Below, piece by piece: positions 1-9,566 of a stretch of DNA of 64,000 nt. The notes below the pieces were generated by a model that saw nothing but the letters and a program-made list of their open reading frames with translations, had not been told where the DNA came from and searched no databases. The stretch spans positions 256,001 through 320,000 of the forward strand of contig CAWIAD010000001.1 in NCBI GenBank assembly GCA_963833985.1. The letters are read 5' to 3'. The position numbers and the translations under genes are program-made. Every line of letters starts with the position of its first letter. The stretch's first letter is position 1. The DNA is from an uncultured Planctomycetaceae bacterium (lineage in GTDB: Bacteria > Planctomycetota > Planctomycetia > Isosphaerales > Isosphaeraceae).

Positions 1-4
1 CTCG

Positions 5-502
5 ATGGCGACGGCCCTGAGTGAGCTGCGGGGCCGGCTGGCGTCGGCCGCCAAGGCCGGGCTGCACCCGCTGCTGATCGTGGACGAGGCCCAGCTCATC
101 GCTGATCCGGCCTCCTTCGACGTGCTGCGGCTACTGCTGAACTTCTCCACTGCCGGGCCGCCCGACCTGAACTTACTCCTGGTCGGTACGGCCGAGATGC
201 TGCCGCGCATTCCCCTGGCGCTCGCGGACCGCGTGACCGCCCGCTGCCTCCTGCTGCCCTTCACGCAAGAGGAATCCGCCGCGTACGTGGCCGGACGTCT
301 CACCGCGGCCGGTGCGACGACGCCCCTCTTCTCGGCCGACGCCCTGGCCGGACTGCACCGTGCTGCCGACGGCCTGCCGCGCCGCCTGAACCATCTGGCC
401 GACCTGGCGCTCTTGATCGCCTATGCCGAGGGACGAACCCAGGCAGAGGCCCACACGATCACCATCGCCGCCCGCGAGTTTCAGCTCGACGACGCGGCGT
501 AG
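5..502 (+). CDS. ExeA/GspA-family AAA ATPase, C-terminal part (5' end probably outside window)
   Basis: Walker B LLIVDEAQ, LLLVG motif and G-x-PR-x-LN-x-LAD-x-ALL helix typical of ExeA-like ATPases; no Walker A inside the window. Confidence 0.8.
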   Translation: MATALSELRGRLASAAKAGLHPLLIVDEAQLIADPASFDVLRLLLNFSTAGPPDLNLLLVGTAEMLPRIPLALADRVTARCLLLPFTQEESAAYVAGRLTAAGATTPLFSADALAGLHRAADGLPRRLNHLADLALLIAYAEGRTQAEAHTITIAAREFQLDDAA

Positions 503-576
503 GGTTCAGCCAGGCGCTACGCATAAGTCAATGCCTGTGAAATAGCGATCAGTTGAGTGCATGCATAGGTTTGTTC

Positions 577-794
577 CTCGTTCCCCACGCTCCGCGTGGG
601 AACAAAGTTCTCACATATCTCATACCAAATTCTACATTAGTTAACGTTATATGTGTTTCCCTCGTTCCCACGCGGAGCGTGGGAATGCCGTCTGCGACGC
701 TCGGCGTCGATTGGGCTCGTGCTGAGGCTGGGAAATCCGTGGGACGCAGAGCGTCCCGACCGGTGTTCCCACGCAGCACGCAGAGCGTGGGAAC
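577..794. repeat. Cluster of REP-like palindromes (TTCCCACGC-n3-GCGTGGGAA family)
   Basis: Hairpins at 577-603, 665-685, 695-709 (CGACGC-TCG-GCGTCG), 741-757 (GGGACGC-AGA-GCGTCCC) and 765-794. Confidence 0.8.
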
Positions 795-864
795 AAGTCT
801 GTCGCAAACCGCTTGCCCCCCCCTTTCGTTAGTGCGGTTTTCACTTGGATCGCAGACTGAGACC

Positions 865-928
865 GGGGGGCAGGCATTCCTGCCTGCCGGAGCAAGCCTG
901 CCCTGGCAGACAAGAATGTCTGCCCCCC
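865..928. repeat. Inverted pair of REP-like palindromes (GGCAGGCATTCCTGCCTGCC / GGCAGACAAGAATGTCTGCC)
   Basis: Two facing palindromes with G6/C6 outer ends; related unit at 41064-41088. Confidence 0.75.
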
Positions 929-1027
929 TTTCCAAAACTCAGAAGCTGCCTGCAACCGTCAGAAAACCGCCATAATGCTAGTTAAACGGTATTGACATAA
1001 TCACAATTTGACGGCAGGAACAAATCT

Positions 1028-1061
1028 CGCGAGCGCGTCAAGGAGAGTGGACGCGCTCGCG
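1028..1061 (-). terminator. Possible terminator hairpin after the SPFH operon
   Basis: 12-bp perfect stem CGCGAGCGCGTC/GACGCGCTCGCG with 10-nt loop, 8 nt past the stop at 1070; weak U-tract. Confidence 0.5.
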
Positions 1062-1069
1062 GGACGTTC

Positions 1070-2758
1070 TCACGGGCTCGTTCGGGGCCTGGAGTCGGAG
1101 ACAATCTTGCCCAGCATGGTCTGCTCGAAGCCCTTCAGGTCGGTCCAGAGGGTTCCCGGGCCAGCATAGAAAATGCCAAGCTTCAGATCAGAAGGCAGCC
1201 CCTGCGCGAAGACGTAACGCTCATACGCGTCCGCTCCGCCCAGGGCCTTGACCAGCAACTGGAAGCGCTGGGCCCTGGCTTCCTGCGACAGCTTGACCGA
1301 CTTCGCTCTGGCCTCGCCCAGCAGCCGCGTGGTCTGCGCCTCGATGGCGGCGGTCTTGGCGTCGATCTCGGCCTTCAGCTTCTCGGTCGTGGCCTCGATC
1401 TCCTTGGCCTTCTTCTCGCCCTCGGCGGTCGCACCGGCGACGAGCTTGCCGGTTTCGGCCTGCGTCCGCTTCTCCTCGAAGACCACTTTGGCCTTGGCCT
1501 CGGTCAGGTTAGCCTGTGCCTTGGCGGTCAATTGCTCCTGGTCGCGCATCTTGGTCAGCTCGTCGGCGATCTTGGCTTTCTGGATCGGCTCGCGCACGGC
1601 CTTGGGCACGTAAATGTGCCGCGTCAGACCGAAAAGCAGCGAGAGGTGCTTGGCGGTGAGCACGCGCTCCAGTTCCGCGGCGGACTCGTTCTGAAACTCC
1701 TCGCGGGTCTCGCCCACCAGCAAATCCACCGCGCCGCGGCGTGATCCATGCAGCCGGCAGATGGATTCGATTTGCGGCTGCACCACCTTCTGCTCGACAT
1801 CCTTCAGCGTGCCGAACTGGCGGACCACCTCGGGTGCCTGCTCGGGGAGGATTCCCCAGATGGCGGTGTAATCCATGTGGATGGGAAAACCGTCGCTGGA
1901 GGGGAACTCGATCCCCTTGCCCGCAACATAGGCCGGATCATCGGCCGTTGTCGTTCCAAGGCGATCGGCCTGGCGGCTGGCCGAGGTGACGCCCGCTCTC
2001 GGGCTGGTGCCCGTGCCGGCTTGCGGTCCGCCCTCGGCCTCCACCGTCAGACTGCTCTCGGCGTAGCCCACGCTGATGATGTTGATGCGCTTCTCCTCGG
2101 GATTGAGGAAGTAGATTCCCGGCTGGAGCACGCGCGGCTGGATGCCCCGCCCTTCCCCGGTGCGCGGGTCGCTGGCCTTGTTCGTGACCACACCGACGTA
2201 GCCCGGGGGGATGAGGGTGGGATCCTCGGCACGCCGCTTCGCCTGCGTGCCGGTCTCGGCGCAGGCGTCAACGTCGGCGATCTTGACGTCGAAGGCATAC
2301 TTGTTGATGCGGTATCGGCCCGGCGTGAGTACCTTGCGGAGGATGCCGCGATAGCCCGGCTCGTCGACGAGGTAAGTTCCTTCGGGCAGTGGCTTGCCGA
2401 TCTTGGAGACCACCACTCCGATCTTGCCGGGCGGGATCACGTCGTCCTTGACGATCTGGGTCTCGAATTCCAGCGGCGAGTAGAAGTGGCGGCCACTGCC
2501 GGGCATGGCTTCGAGGATGCCCACCTGAAGCGGCCGGCCGGCGGCATCCGTCTGGACCAGGATCCCCTGGGGGGCCTGGGCCGTCGAGCCGAACGGCCAG
2601 GGCCCCTTGTAGCGGACCAGCAGGCTCGACCCCGCCGGGACCTCGATGCGGCAGATCGTCCACTTCCAGAGACCGAAGTAGGCGGCCTGCGACAGGACCA
2701 CGATGGCCAGCACGGCGCCGGCAATTCGATTCAGGTTGCGGATCTGGAACAGGTTCAC
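1070..2758 (-). CDS. SPFH (band 7/flotillin-like) membrane protein
   Basis: N-terminal TM, three repeats of the IPPGxxGVV...GIxxxVLxPGxYxxN module, SxDGFPI SPFH motif, long Ala/Glu/Lys coiled coil. Confidence 0.85.
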   Translation of the reverse strand: MNLFQIRNLNRIAGAVLAIVVLSQAAYFGLWKWTICRIEVPAGSSLLVRYKGPWPFGSTAQAPQGILVQTDAAGRPLQVGILEAMPGSGRHFYSPLEFETQIVKDDVIPPGKIGVVVSKIGKPLPEGTYLVDEPGYRGILRKVLTPGRYRINKYAFDVKIADVDACAETGTQAKRRAEDPTLIPPGYVGVVTNKASDPRTGEGRGIQPRVLQPGIYFLNPEEKRINIISVGYAESSLTVEAEGGPQAGTGTSPRAGVTSASRQADRLGTTTADDPAYVAGKGIEFPSSDGFPIHMDYTAIWGILPEQAPEVVRQFGTLKDVEQKVVQPQIESICRLHGSRRGAVDLLVGETREEFQNESAAELERVLTAKHLSLLFGLTRHIYVPKAVREPIQKAKIADELTKMRDQEQLTAKAQANLTEAKAKVVFEEKRTQAETGKLVAGATAEGEKKAKEIEATTEKLKAEIDAKTAAIEAQTTRLLGEARAKSVKLSQEARAQRFQLLVKALGGADAYERYVFAQGLPSDLKLGIFYAGPGTLWTDLKGFEQTMLGKIVSDSRPRTSP

Positions 2759-4467
2759 TTGGGATTCTCCTCGGATGCGGTCACCGGCAGCGGATCAATC
2801 ACCCTGGCGGCGTCCCGCGGGCGTGCGGCCTGTGAAACGGGACGCTCCGGGGCGTTGCCGGCGGAGCTAGACGTGGAATCGACCCGGGAGGCCCGGCTGG
2901 CTTCCGGCAAGGTGCGGGTCGGACCGCTGTGCCGGGTGAACTCGCTGAAGAGCTCCATGAGCGGCCCCTCGGAATTCCCCAGGATCGTGTGGAACGATGG
3001 GGCAAGCTTGCTCAACAGCAGGTTTCTTGCCATCGCCGCGCCGTCGCCTCCGTAAGCGGCCACCTGCGCGGTCAGGCCGGCCGCCTCGGCGGCATTGTCA
3101 TACCGCACCACGTCGGCCTCGGCCTCGGCCTTGGCCAGGATCGCGGCGACCTTGTCACGGGCTGCCTCGAGCTGCGTCTGCGCGACCTTCAGCTTCTGCT
3201 CCGAAAGGGTGACAGCCACTTGCTGCTCCTGCTGCGCCCGGGTCGTCTTCTCGACCACCTCCTGGCCGGCCTCCACCACCAGCTTCTTCTGATCGGCCAG
3301 CACCACCTCCACTTTCAGCTTCGCCTCGGAGACCTGCTGGAGCTGCTCGCGGCGATACTGGGCCAGCTTCTGCTTGGCCACCTCGCGCTGCTGCACCGGC
3401 TGGGCAATCTCTGGGGGCGGCTGGATCGAGGTGATGGCCACGGCCAGGATCTCGATTCCCTGCTTCTGGCAGTTCTGGGTCAGGCTCTTCACCAGGTCGG
3501 TCTGGAATTTCTCGCGGTCCTGGCCGCTGATGAACTGCCCGCCCATGAGCTTCGACCCACCCACGCGGCACAGCGAGCGGCTCTCCGGCGTGATGATCTT
3601 GGCGATGATCTCCTCGTCGATCGTGTCGCCGTTCGCGTCCTCGTTGTATTTCACAAACATCTCGGAGACCTTATCGGGCGCGATCCGGAACTCGACCACG
3701 CCGTCGAGCGTGATCGGGAAGCCGTCGGCCGAGAGGAAGCTCATCTCTCCCTCGAGACCCAGGTTGAACCGGCGCGAGCGGCAGTCCACCATGCTCACCC
3801 GGGTCTCATAGGGATTGAGGTAATACATTCCCGGTTCGAGCGTCCGCTTCTGCACACCGCGCTCGCCTTCCTCGACCAGGAAGACGTTCGGGTTCCTGGG
3901 CGGCGTACCGGCCAGCAGCGTGACCACGCCGCGAAATCCGGCCGCGATGGTCACCGGGTCGTGCAGCTCGATCGCCTCGGCGTAAGGGTTGTAAGGGTAT
4001 CGGCCCGGCTTGAGGACCTCGCGGAGGATCCCCTTCTCACCGGGCTCGGCGAGGATTTGCCCGGCGGGAAGCTCCTCTCCGGCCAGCGCAATCCGGATGC
4101 CGATCTTGTCGCCGGGGACCACGAACTGCGGGCTGATCTCCCACGACCAGTAATACGGGTTGAAAAAGTAACGGCCCTCGGTGAGCACGCCGTTGTTTGG
4201 TCCGCCGGCCTGGACCCCCTTGTAGTAGTGGCCGTCCCTGGGCGGTGGGGCCAGCTCCATGTCGGGCAGCAGCTCCAGCCCCTCGCGGCGGATCAGCACC
4301 GCCTGGTGGCCGGTGCCGACGTCGATCTTGCACGCATTGTAAGCGGTCAAAACCAGCCCCAGTCCCAGGGCGAGCAGGCCCCCGAAGACCATCGCACCCC
4401 GTGATCCGCCCCGTCCCGGCGGCCTGCGCCCGGCCTGCCTCGGGCGATCCTCGTCGAACGCGTCCAT
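2755..4467 (-). CDS. SPFH (band 7/flotillin-like) membrane protein, paralogue
   Basis: Same architecture (FLSADGFPITLD, coiled coil); GTGA stop/start overlap with the downstream paralogue. Confidence 0.85.
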   Translation of the reverse strand: MDAFDEDRPRQAGRRPPGRGGSRGAMVFGGLLALGLGLVLTAYNACKIDVGTGHQAVLIRREGLELLPDMELAPPPRDGHYYKGVQAGGPNNGVLTEGRYFFNPYYWSWEISPQFVVPGDKIGIRIALAGEELPAGQILAEPGEKGILREVLKPGRYPYNPYAEAIELHDPVTIAAGFRGVVTLLAGTPPRNPNVFLVEEGERGVQKRTLEPGMYYLNPYETRVSMVDCRSRRFNLGLEGEMSFLSADGFPITLDGVVEFRIAPDKVSEMFVKYNEDANGDTIDEEIIAKIITPESRSLCRVGGSKLMGGQFISGQDREKFQTDLVKSLTQNCQKQGIEILAVAITSIQPPPEIAQPVQQREVAKQKLAQYRREQLQQVSEAKLKVEVVLADQKKLVVEAGQEVVEKTTRAQQEQQVAVTLSEQKLKVAQTQLEAARDKVAAILAKAEAEADVVRYDNAAEAAGLTAQVAAYGGDGAAMARNLLLSKLAPSFHTILGNSEGPLMELFSEFTRHSGPTRTLPEASRASRVDSTSSSAGNAPERPVSQAARPRDAARVIDPLPVTASEENPK

Positions 4468-4883
4468 GAAGTGTGTCCCTGAAAGAAGCCGTCGATTTCG
4501 CTTGCGCCGTCGGCTCAGCCGACCAACTTGCAGCGAAATTAACAGATCTTCGCCGGACCTGGGCGATTATTCGCGATTCGAGCGCGAAACCCACCGGGAA
4601 GCAAGCGCGGGATGCACTTCGTTTTCGATCAACTGAGTTTGAGCTGGATCCCTGTTTTCGATACCTGGCGCCAACGTCATCTCACCTGACGTCAAGGCTG
4701 ACTTCCGGAAGCCACCGCTGGAGGCCCATCCGGTCGGCGTTCCAGCCTTGGGTAACTGGTCTTCCTCTCAATCGGTTTTCGAGTTATGTGTAGTCAAGCA
4801 CCCCCGGCCGGGGCGGGGCCTGGAGGCGAAATGAACTGAACCGGCGCGGGGCCGAGTGCCGGAGCGGGGGCGCTTGCGGTCAT

Positions 4884-6401
4884 ATGCATCTCCCCTCGCC
4901 AAGGCCCGTTCGGCTTGAGACTGGCCACTGCCCGGCGGCGTGGGTCCTGATCTCTGCCCTGCTCCTGCTTGCCTGTGGGGGCTGCCGCATGGCGAGTCTG
5001 CCACGCGGCGAGCCTGCCGCAGCCGAACGGCCCGCAGCTCCTGCCCTGACTCGCCATGCCGCGGACCCGGCCGTGCTCCGCGTCGTGGGGCGGCACTTCG
5101 TCGGCCCTGATGGTCGCGTCGTCCTGCTCCGCGGGGTCAACCTCGGCGGCGATGGTAAACTCCCTCCTTTCCCCACGCCGGACAACCCGGCCCTGCTCGA
5201 CCGGTTCACCGAGCTGGGCTTCAATGCGATCCGCCTCCCTTTCATCTGGGAGGCGTACGAGCCGGAGCCGGGTCGCTACGACGAAATGTATCTTGCGCGG
5301 CTCGTCGCCGTCGCCGCGTCGGCCTGGGCACGCGGGCTGTACGCGATCATCGACATCCACCAGGGTGGCTTCGCTCGCACCCTTTGCTACGGCTGCGGTG
5401 CTGGCTTCCCCTTGTGGGCCGTCTCGCCCCGCGCCACGCCGCACCCGCCCGACAGCCGCGGTTCCAAGGTCTGGGCCCTCCTCGAGCTGACCGACCCGGG
5501 CGTACACCGCTCGTTCGCCGACTTCTACGCCGATGCGTACGGCGTTCGGGGGCGCTACCTCACCATGCTCGGGCGGATCGCGGGGGCCTTCGCCGCGGTC
5601 CCGGGTGTCGTCGGATACGACCCCCTGAACGAGCCCTGGGGAAACGAGCAACGGGAGATCGCCCCGCTCTACCGCGACGCCGCTGCCGCGCTGCGCGCCC
5701 GGCACCCGACGGCCATCCTTTTCCTCGAGGGGCGCGGGCCGACTGCCACGGGCTTCCGGACCAGGCTGCCCCACCCGGGCCTGGACAACATCGTGTTCGC
5801 GCCGCATTACTACGAGCCCCTGGCCATCTTGTGGCAGGACGGGGGTGGTCGGACCGCCGCCATCCGTCGAGCCTTCGGCCGCATGGAGGCAAAGGCGGCG
5901 GAATGGGGCGCGCCGCTACTGGTCGGAGAGTTCGGCATCCCGGGCGGCGCGCGGCGGGCTGGCGACTACATCGCTTCCCATTACGACCAGCTCGACGCGG
6001 CGCTCGCCTCGGCAATGCAGTGGACCGTCTCACCCCGCTGGTCGCCCGAGACCGGCGACGGGTGGAACGGCGAGGACTTCAGCCTGCTTGACGCCGCCGG
6101 TCGGCCGCGGCCGAACTACCGGCCTCGCCCCTATCCGCAGCGGGTGGCCGGCGTGCCCGTCTGCTTCCGATTCGAGGCAAAGGCGCCGCCGCGGAGGGAA
6201 CCGCGCCTGGAGTTCGTCTGGGCGCACCGCCCCGGCCTTGGGCCCACGGAGATCGTCGTGCCGGTCGGACTGTTCCCGCCGGGCTCGCGGCCGAAGGTCG
6301 AGCCCGACGACGCGACCTGCCTCTGGGACCAGTCGCACCGGCTCCTGACCTGCAACGCATCCCGGCCCGCGACGATCCGTGTCGTGCTCGAGTCGCCCTG
6401 A
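4884..6401 (+). CDS. Glycoside hydrolase family 5, endoglycoceramidase-like
   Basis: GRVVLLRGVN, GFNAIRLPFIWEAYEP, IDIHQ, acid/base YDPLNEP, FAPHYY, nucleophile LVGEFG, RPYP; N-terminal signal or lipobox-like segment. Confidence 0.85.
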   Translation: MHLPSPRPVRLETGHCPAAWVLISALLLLACGGCRMASLPRGEPAAAERPAAPALTRHAADPAVLRVVGRHFVGPDGRVVLLRGVNLGGDGKLPPFPTPDNPALLDRFTELGFNAIRLPFIWEAYEPEPGRYDEMYLARLVAVAASAWARGLYAIIDIHQGGFARTLCYGCGAGFPLWAVSPRATPHPPDSRGSKVWALLELTDPGVHRSFADFYADAYGVRGRYLTMLGRIAGAFAAVPGVVGYDPLNEPWGNEQREIAPLYRDAAAALRARHPTAILFLEGRGPTATGFRTRLPHPGLDNIVFAPHYYEPLAILWQDGGGRTAAIRRAFGRMEAKAAEWGAPLLVGEFGIPGGARRAGDYIASHYDQLDAALASAMQWTVSPRWSPETGDGWNGEDFSLLDAAGRPRPNYRPRPYPQRVAGVPVCFRFEAKAPPRREPRLEFVWAHRPGLGPTEIVVPVGLFPPGSRPKVEPDDATCLWDQSHRLLTCNASRPATIRVVLESP

Positions 6402-6589
6402 ATCGACGGTCCTCGGCCGAACCTCGGAAGGAAACGGGACCCGGGAAGGGAATCGTCCCGGAGTTGGCTTTTGAAGCTGGGGGGGCAGCTGCCAAACCGT
6501 CGATGACCACGGACGAAGAACAAGGGACGGGACTGAATAGGACTTGTTTAGCTCCTGACACTATAGCGCGGAGCAATTTAACCGCTGTG

Positions 6590-6803
6590 ATATGCGGCAC
6601 CTACAATCCAGTTGGATAACGCGTTGAATTGGTGGATGCCGTGCACCACTTCTCACAAGTACCAATTCCAGGATTCTGGATGCCTAGCGTGGGCGAACGT
6701 CGTTCGGCAAGCCCTCAAAAACGAGACGCCCCGCCTCAAGCGGTAGACCACATCGCCAATACTTGTAGGCCTCATCAAGTCTGCCGAATCCCTCGGGTGT
6801 CAT
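6590..6803 (-). pseudogene. Probable degraded gene of unknown function
   Basis: ATG at 6803 gives MTPEGFGRLDEAYKYWRCGLPLEAGRLVFEGLPNDVRPR-(TAG)-ASRILELVLVRSG..., protein-like across a possible TGG>TAG change; lower GC; abuts the truncated repeat at 6812; 3' boundary approximate. Confidence 0.3.
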
Positions 6804-6811
6804 AAGAGCTC

Positions 6812-6879
6812 CTAAATAGCTCCCCGTGAGAGGGAAAGTGTGGAACGGCCGCCCTCGGCCGTCCTGAGCCAGCCGAGGG
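6812..6879. repeat. Truncated copy of the MITE/REP-like element at 55367-55472
   Basis: 68 bp matching 55367-55434 with 2 mismatches. Confidence 0.85.
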
Positions 6880-7030
6880 GGATCTTGAGATTTCGCTCCC
6901 CGAGGCCAGGGCATCGTGCCGCCAGAGCCTACGTCCTTCGCACTGAGCTGGGGAACCGCTACTCCTGGATTCGACACGGGACTACGCCGCTGTCGCGCGG
7001 GTCTCTCGTGTAAGTGGTGAGTCCGGCTCG

Positions 7031-7483
7031 TCAGTCGGGCAGGGTCCCGGGAGGGCCGAGGATCTCGTCGCCCAGATCGGCGGCGACGCGGAGGAACCGG
7101 TCCACGTCGAAGGGTGCGACCGGTTCCCCCTCGCCTTCCTCGCCGGGCGTGCCGGCCTCGCTGACCAAACGGGCGAACCCGCTCGGCGACGCGACGACCA
7201 GCGCCCGGGACGGGTGGTCGCCGGTCGCGGCCACGGCGTGGGCCGTACCGGCGGGGATGAGGTGGTCGTCACCGGGGCGGAGCACGACCTTGTGCCCGCC
7301 GATCCAAACCGTGAATTCCCCGTCCAGCACGTAGAGTTGCTCGGAGTACTCGCGGTGGCGGTGCGGCGGGGTCTGTGCTCCGGGGGCAAACCAGCCCTCA
7401 ATAAGGTCGTAGCGGCCATCGGTGTTCGCACGGCTCGCGAGGACGCTCATGTGGGAGCCGAACAGCCAGTAGGAGGGTTTCAT
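7031..7483 (-). CDS. Cupin domain protein
   Basis: TPPHRH...EQLYVLDGE...PGD...IPAGTAHA cupin motifs. Confidence 0.85.
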   Translation of the reverse strand: MKPSYWLFGSHMSVLASRANTDGRYDLIEGWFAPGAQTPPHRHREYSEQLYVLDGEFTVWIGGHKVVLRPGDDHLIPAGTAHAVAATGDHPSRALVVASPSGFARLVSEAGTPGEEGEGEPVAPFDVDRFLRVAADLGDEILGPPGTLPD

Positions 7484-7657
7484 CAGACCATCCTCGTGTA
7501 GAGAAAAATGTGGATAGGCCGCCGTGGAGATCCACGCGCTTCTGGATCGCCTCAGGCACGCCCTTGGGTGTCACGTCAAAGACCCCGGAGGTCCAAAGAC
7601 CTCCGAAGCGGGTACGGCGTTTGCCGCCGTCTGGCGGTTCTATCCCCTCGGCGGCGG

Positions 7658-8695
7658 TTAGAGGTCTGCGGCGAGCTGGCGAGTGAGCTGCGCCGCCGGG
7701 ATCTCCTTGCATCCGCTGGCATTCTGGCCCGACCACAGCGGCGAGAAGTCACCGCTGCCCAAACTCTCGGCCCGGGCGCGCAACGGGGCCACGGCGGTGG
7801 CGGCCAGCGGAAAGGTCGGCGCTGTCGTGCTGATCGGCCCGACCTCTTTCACGACACGGTTCACGATCGCGCGCGCCGGCCGGCCGGTGAACACGTTTGT
7901 CAGGGCGGTGTGGCGGGCGGACTCGCTCTTCAGCGCGGCGCGGTGCACCGAGACGGTGGTAGCCTCGGGACAAAGCAGGTAGGCCGTGCCCACTTGCACG
8001 CCGGCCGCTCCAAGCGCCAGGGCTGCCGCGACGCCCTTCGCGTCCGCGATGCCCTCGGCGGCGATGACTGGCGTTCTCACGGCGTTCACAATCTGTGGCA
8101 CGAGGGCGAGCGTGCCGACCTGGGTGGTCACGTCGTCCGACAGGAACATGCCCCGATGGCCGCCCGCCTCGGACCCCTGCGCGATGATCGCATCGACCCC
8201 GCGTGCCTCGAGCCAACGCGCCTCGTCGACGGTGGTCGCCGAGGAGAGGATCTTCGACCCCCAGGTCCGCACCCGTGCCAGCAACTCGGCCGACGGCAAG
8301 CCGAAATGAAAGCTCACCACGGCGGGCCTGAACTCCTCAAGCACGTCGGCGGTCTCGGGGCCGAAGGGCGCTCGGCCACCCACCTCAAGGATGGCGCCCG
8401 CATCGAGCCCGAACTCCTCGTAATAGGGAGCGAGCGTCGCCCGCCAGGCCGTCTCCCGCTCGGCGCTGGGACTCGGCGGTGTGTGGCAGAAGAAGTTGAC
8501 GTTGAACGGCTTGACCGTCTTTGCCCGGATCGCCGCCAGTTCGGTGCGGAGGGCGTCAGGACCCAGCAGGGCGCACGGGAGCGAGCCCAGCCCCCCGGCG
8601 TTGGACACGGCAACCGCCAGCGCGCTGCCCTGGACCCCCGCCATCGGGGCCTGGATGATCGGTAGCTCGACGCCAACCAGCGATTGCAGGGTCAC
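7658..8695 (-). CDS. Nitronate monooxygenase (2-nitropropane dioxygenase) family
   Basis: PIIQAPMAG, AVSNAGGLGSL, VSFHFGLP, EAGGHRG, GVQVGTAYL. Confidence 0.9.
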   Translation of the reverse strand: MTLQSLVGVELPIIQAPMAGVQGSALAVAVSNAGGLGSLPCALLGPDALRTELAAIRAKTVKPFNVNFFCHTPPSPSAERETAWRATLAPYYEEFGLDAGAILEVGGRAPFGPETADVLEEFRPAVVSFHFGLPSAELLARVRTWGSKILSSATTVDEARWLEARGVDAIIAQGSEAGGHRGMFLSDDVTTQVGTLALVPQIVNAVRTPVIAAEGIADAKGVAAALALGAAGVQVGTAYLLCPEATTVSVHRAALKSESARHTALTNVFTGRPARAIVNRVVKEVGPISTTAPTFPLAATAVAPLRARAESLGSGDFSPLWSGQNASGCKEIPAAQLTRQLAADL

Positions 8696-8792
8696 GACTT
8701 CGTCTCCGGTTTGTGTCGATCGGGTCGCGTCTTCGGCCGGATGCCTGACCGGATCACGAGGATCTCAGGTGTGGCGTAGGCGCCGATTTGGG

Positions 8793-9515
8793 TCACCAGC
8801 GGCCGGCGTGGGCACCCCCATCGACGTGGAGTACCTCACCGGTCACGAAGGCGGCCGCCTCGAGATAGAGCACCGCATCCACGACCTCCTGAACCTCGCC
8901 CAGGCGTCCCAGGGGATGCATGCCGGCCAGGAATTCGTGGGTTTCCTCCGCATGCATCGGGGTCTTGATGACGCCCGGCGCCACCGCGTTCACCCGCACG
9001 CCCCGGTCGGCGAACTCGATCGCCAGGGAGCGGGTGATCGCGTTGAGCCCGCCCTTGGTCAACGCCGCAAGCGCGGCGGGCACGGCCTTCTGCGGGTGCT
9101 CGGCCAGCGCCGCCGTGATGTTGACGATGTGGCCACTCCCCCGCTCGAGCATCCATCTGGCGGCTCGCTGCGTGATGTGGAAGAAGCCCCCCAGGTTCAC
9201 GGACAGCACCGCCGCGTAGTCGGCCTCGGCGTAATCGACGAACGGCCTGGAGATGAAGATGCCGGCGTTGTTGACGAGGGTGTCGATGCGGCCGAAGCGG
9301 TCGATCGCGGCGCCGACGATCCGCTCGGCGGTTCGCGGGTCGCTCACGTCGCCGGCGACCGTCAGCACGTCCGAGGTCCCGGCGGCGTCCGGCCCGATCG
9401 TCCGGGAATTGGCCACGACGCGATAGCCGCGCCCGAGGAACCCGTCGACCAGCCCGGCACCGATCCCTTGCGATGCCCCGGTAATCAAGGCGACCTTCTG
9501 TTCCGTGCTCATCAT
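8793..9515 (-). CDS. SDR family oxidoreductase (atypical, lacks catalytic Tyr)
   Basis: TGASQGIG, NNAG, VNAVAPG, VDGG; YxxxK position reads AALTK. Confidence 0.9.
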   Translation of the reverse strand: MMSTEQKVALITGASQGIGAGLVDGFLGRGYRVVANSRTIGPDAAGTSDVLTVAGDVSDPRTAERIVGAAIDRFGRIDTLVNNAGIFISRPFVDYAEADYAAVLSVNLGGFFHITQRAARWMLERGSGHIVNITAALAEHPQKAVPAALAALTKGGLNAITRSLAIEFADRGVRVNAVAPGVIKTPMHAEETHEFLAGMHPLGRLGEVQEVVDAVLYLEAAAFVTGEVLHVDGGAHAGRW

Positions 9516-9566
9516 AGAAAGCCCGTGAGGCTCCTCCCGTGGTACTCGAAATGGTCTGGCCGACGG

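Noticed and set aside
577..794. Palindromic repeats as a CRISPR array
   Set aside because: Units vary in sequence, orientation and spacing; they fit REP-like elements better
6435..6480. CGGGAC...GTCCCG segment as a res site or terminator after the GH5 gene
   Set aside because: Only a 6-bp stem, no resolvase adjacent; too weak to call
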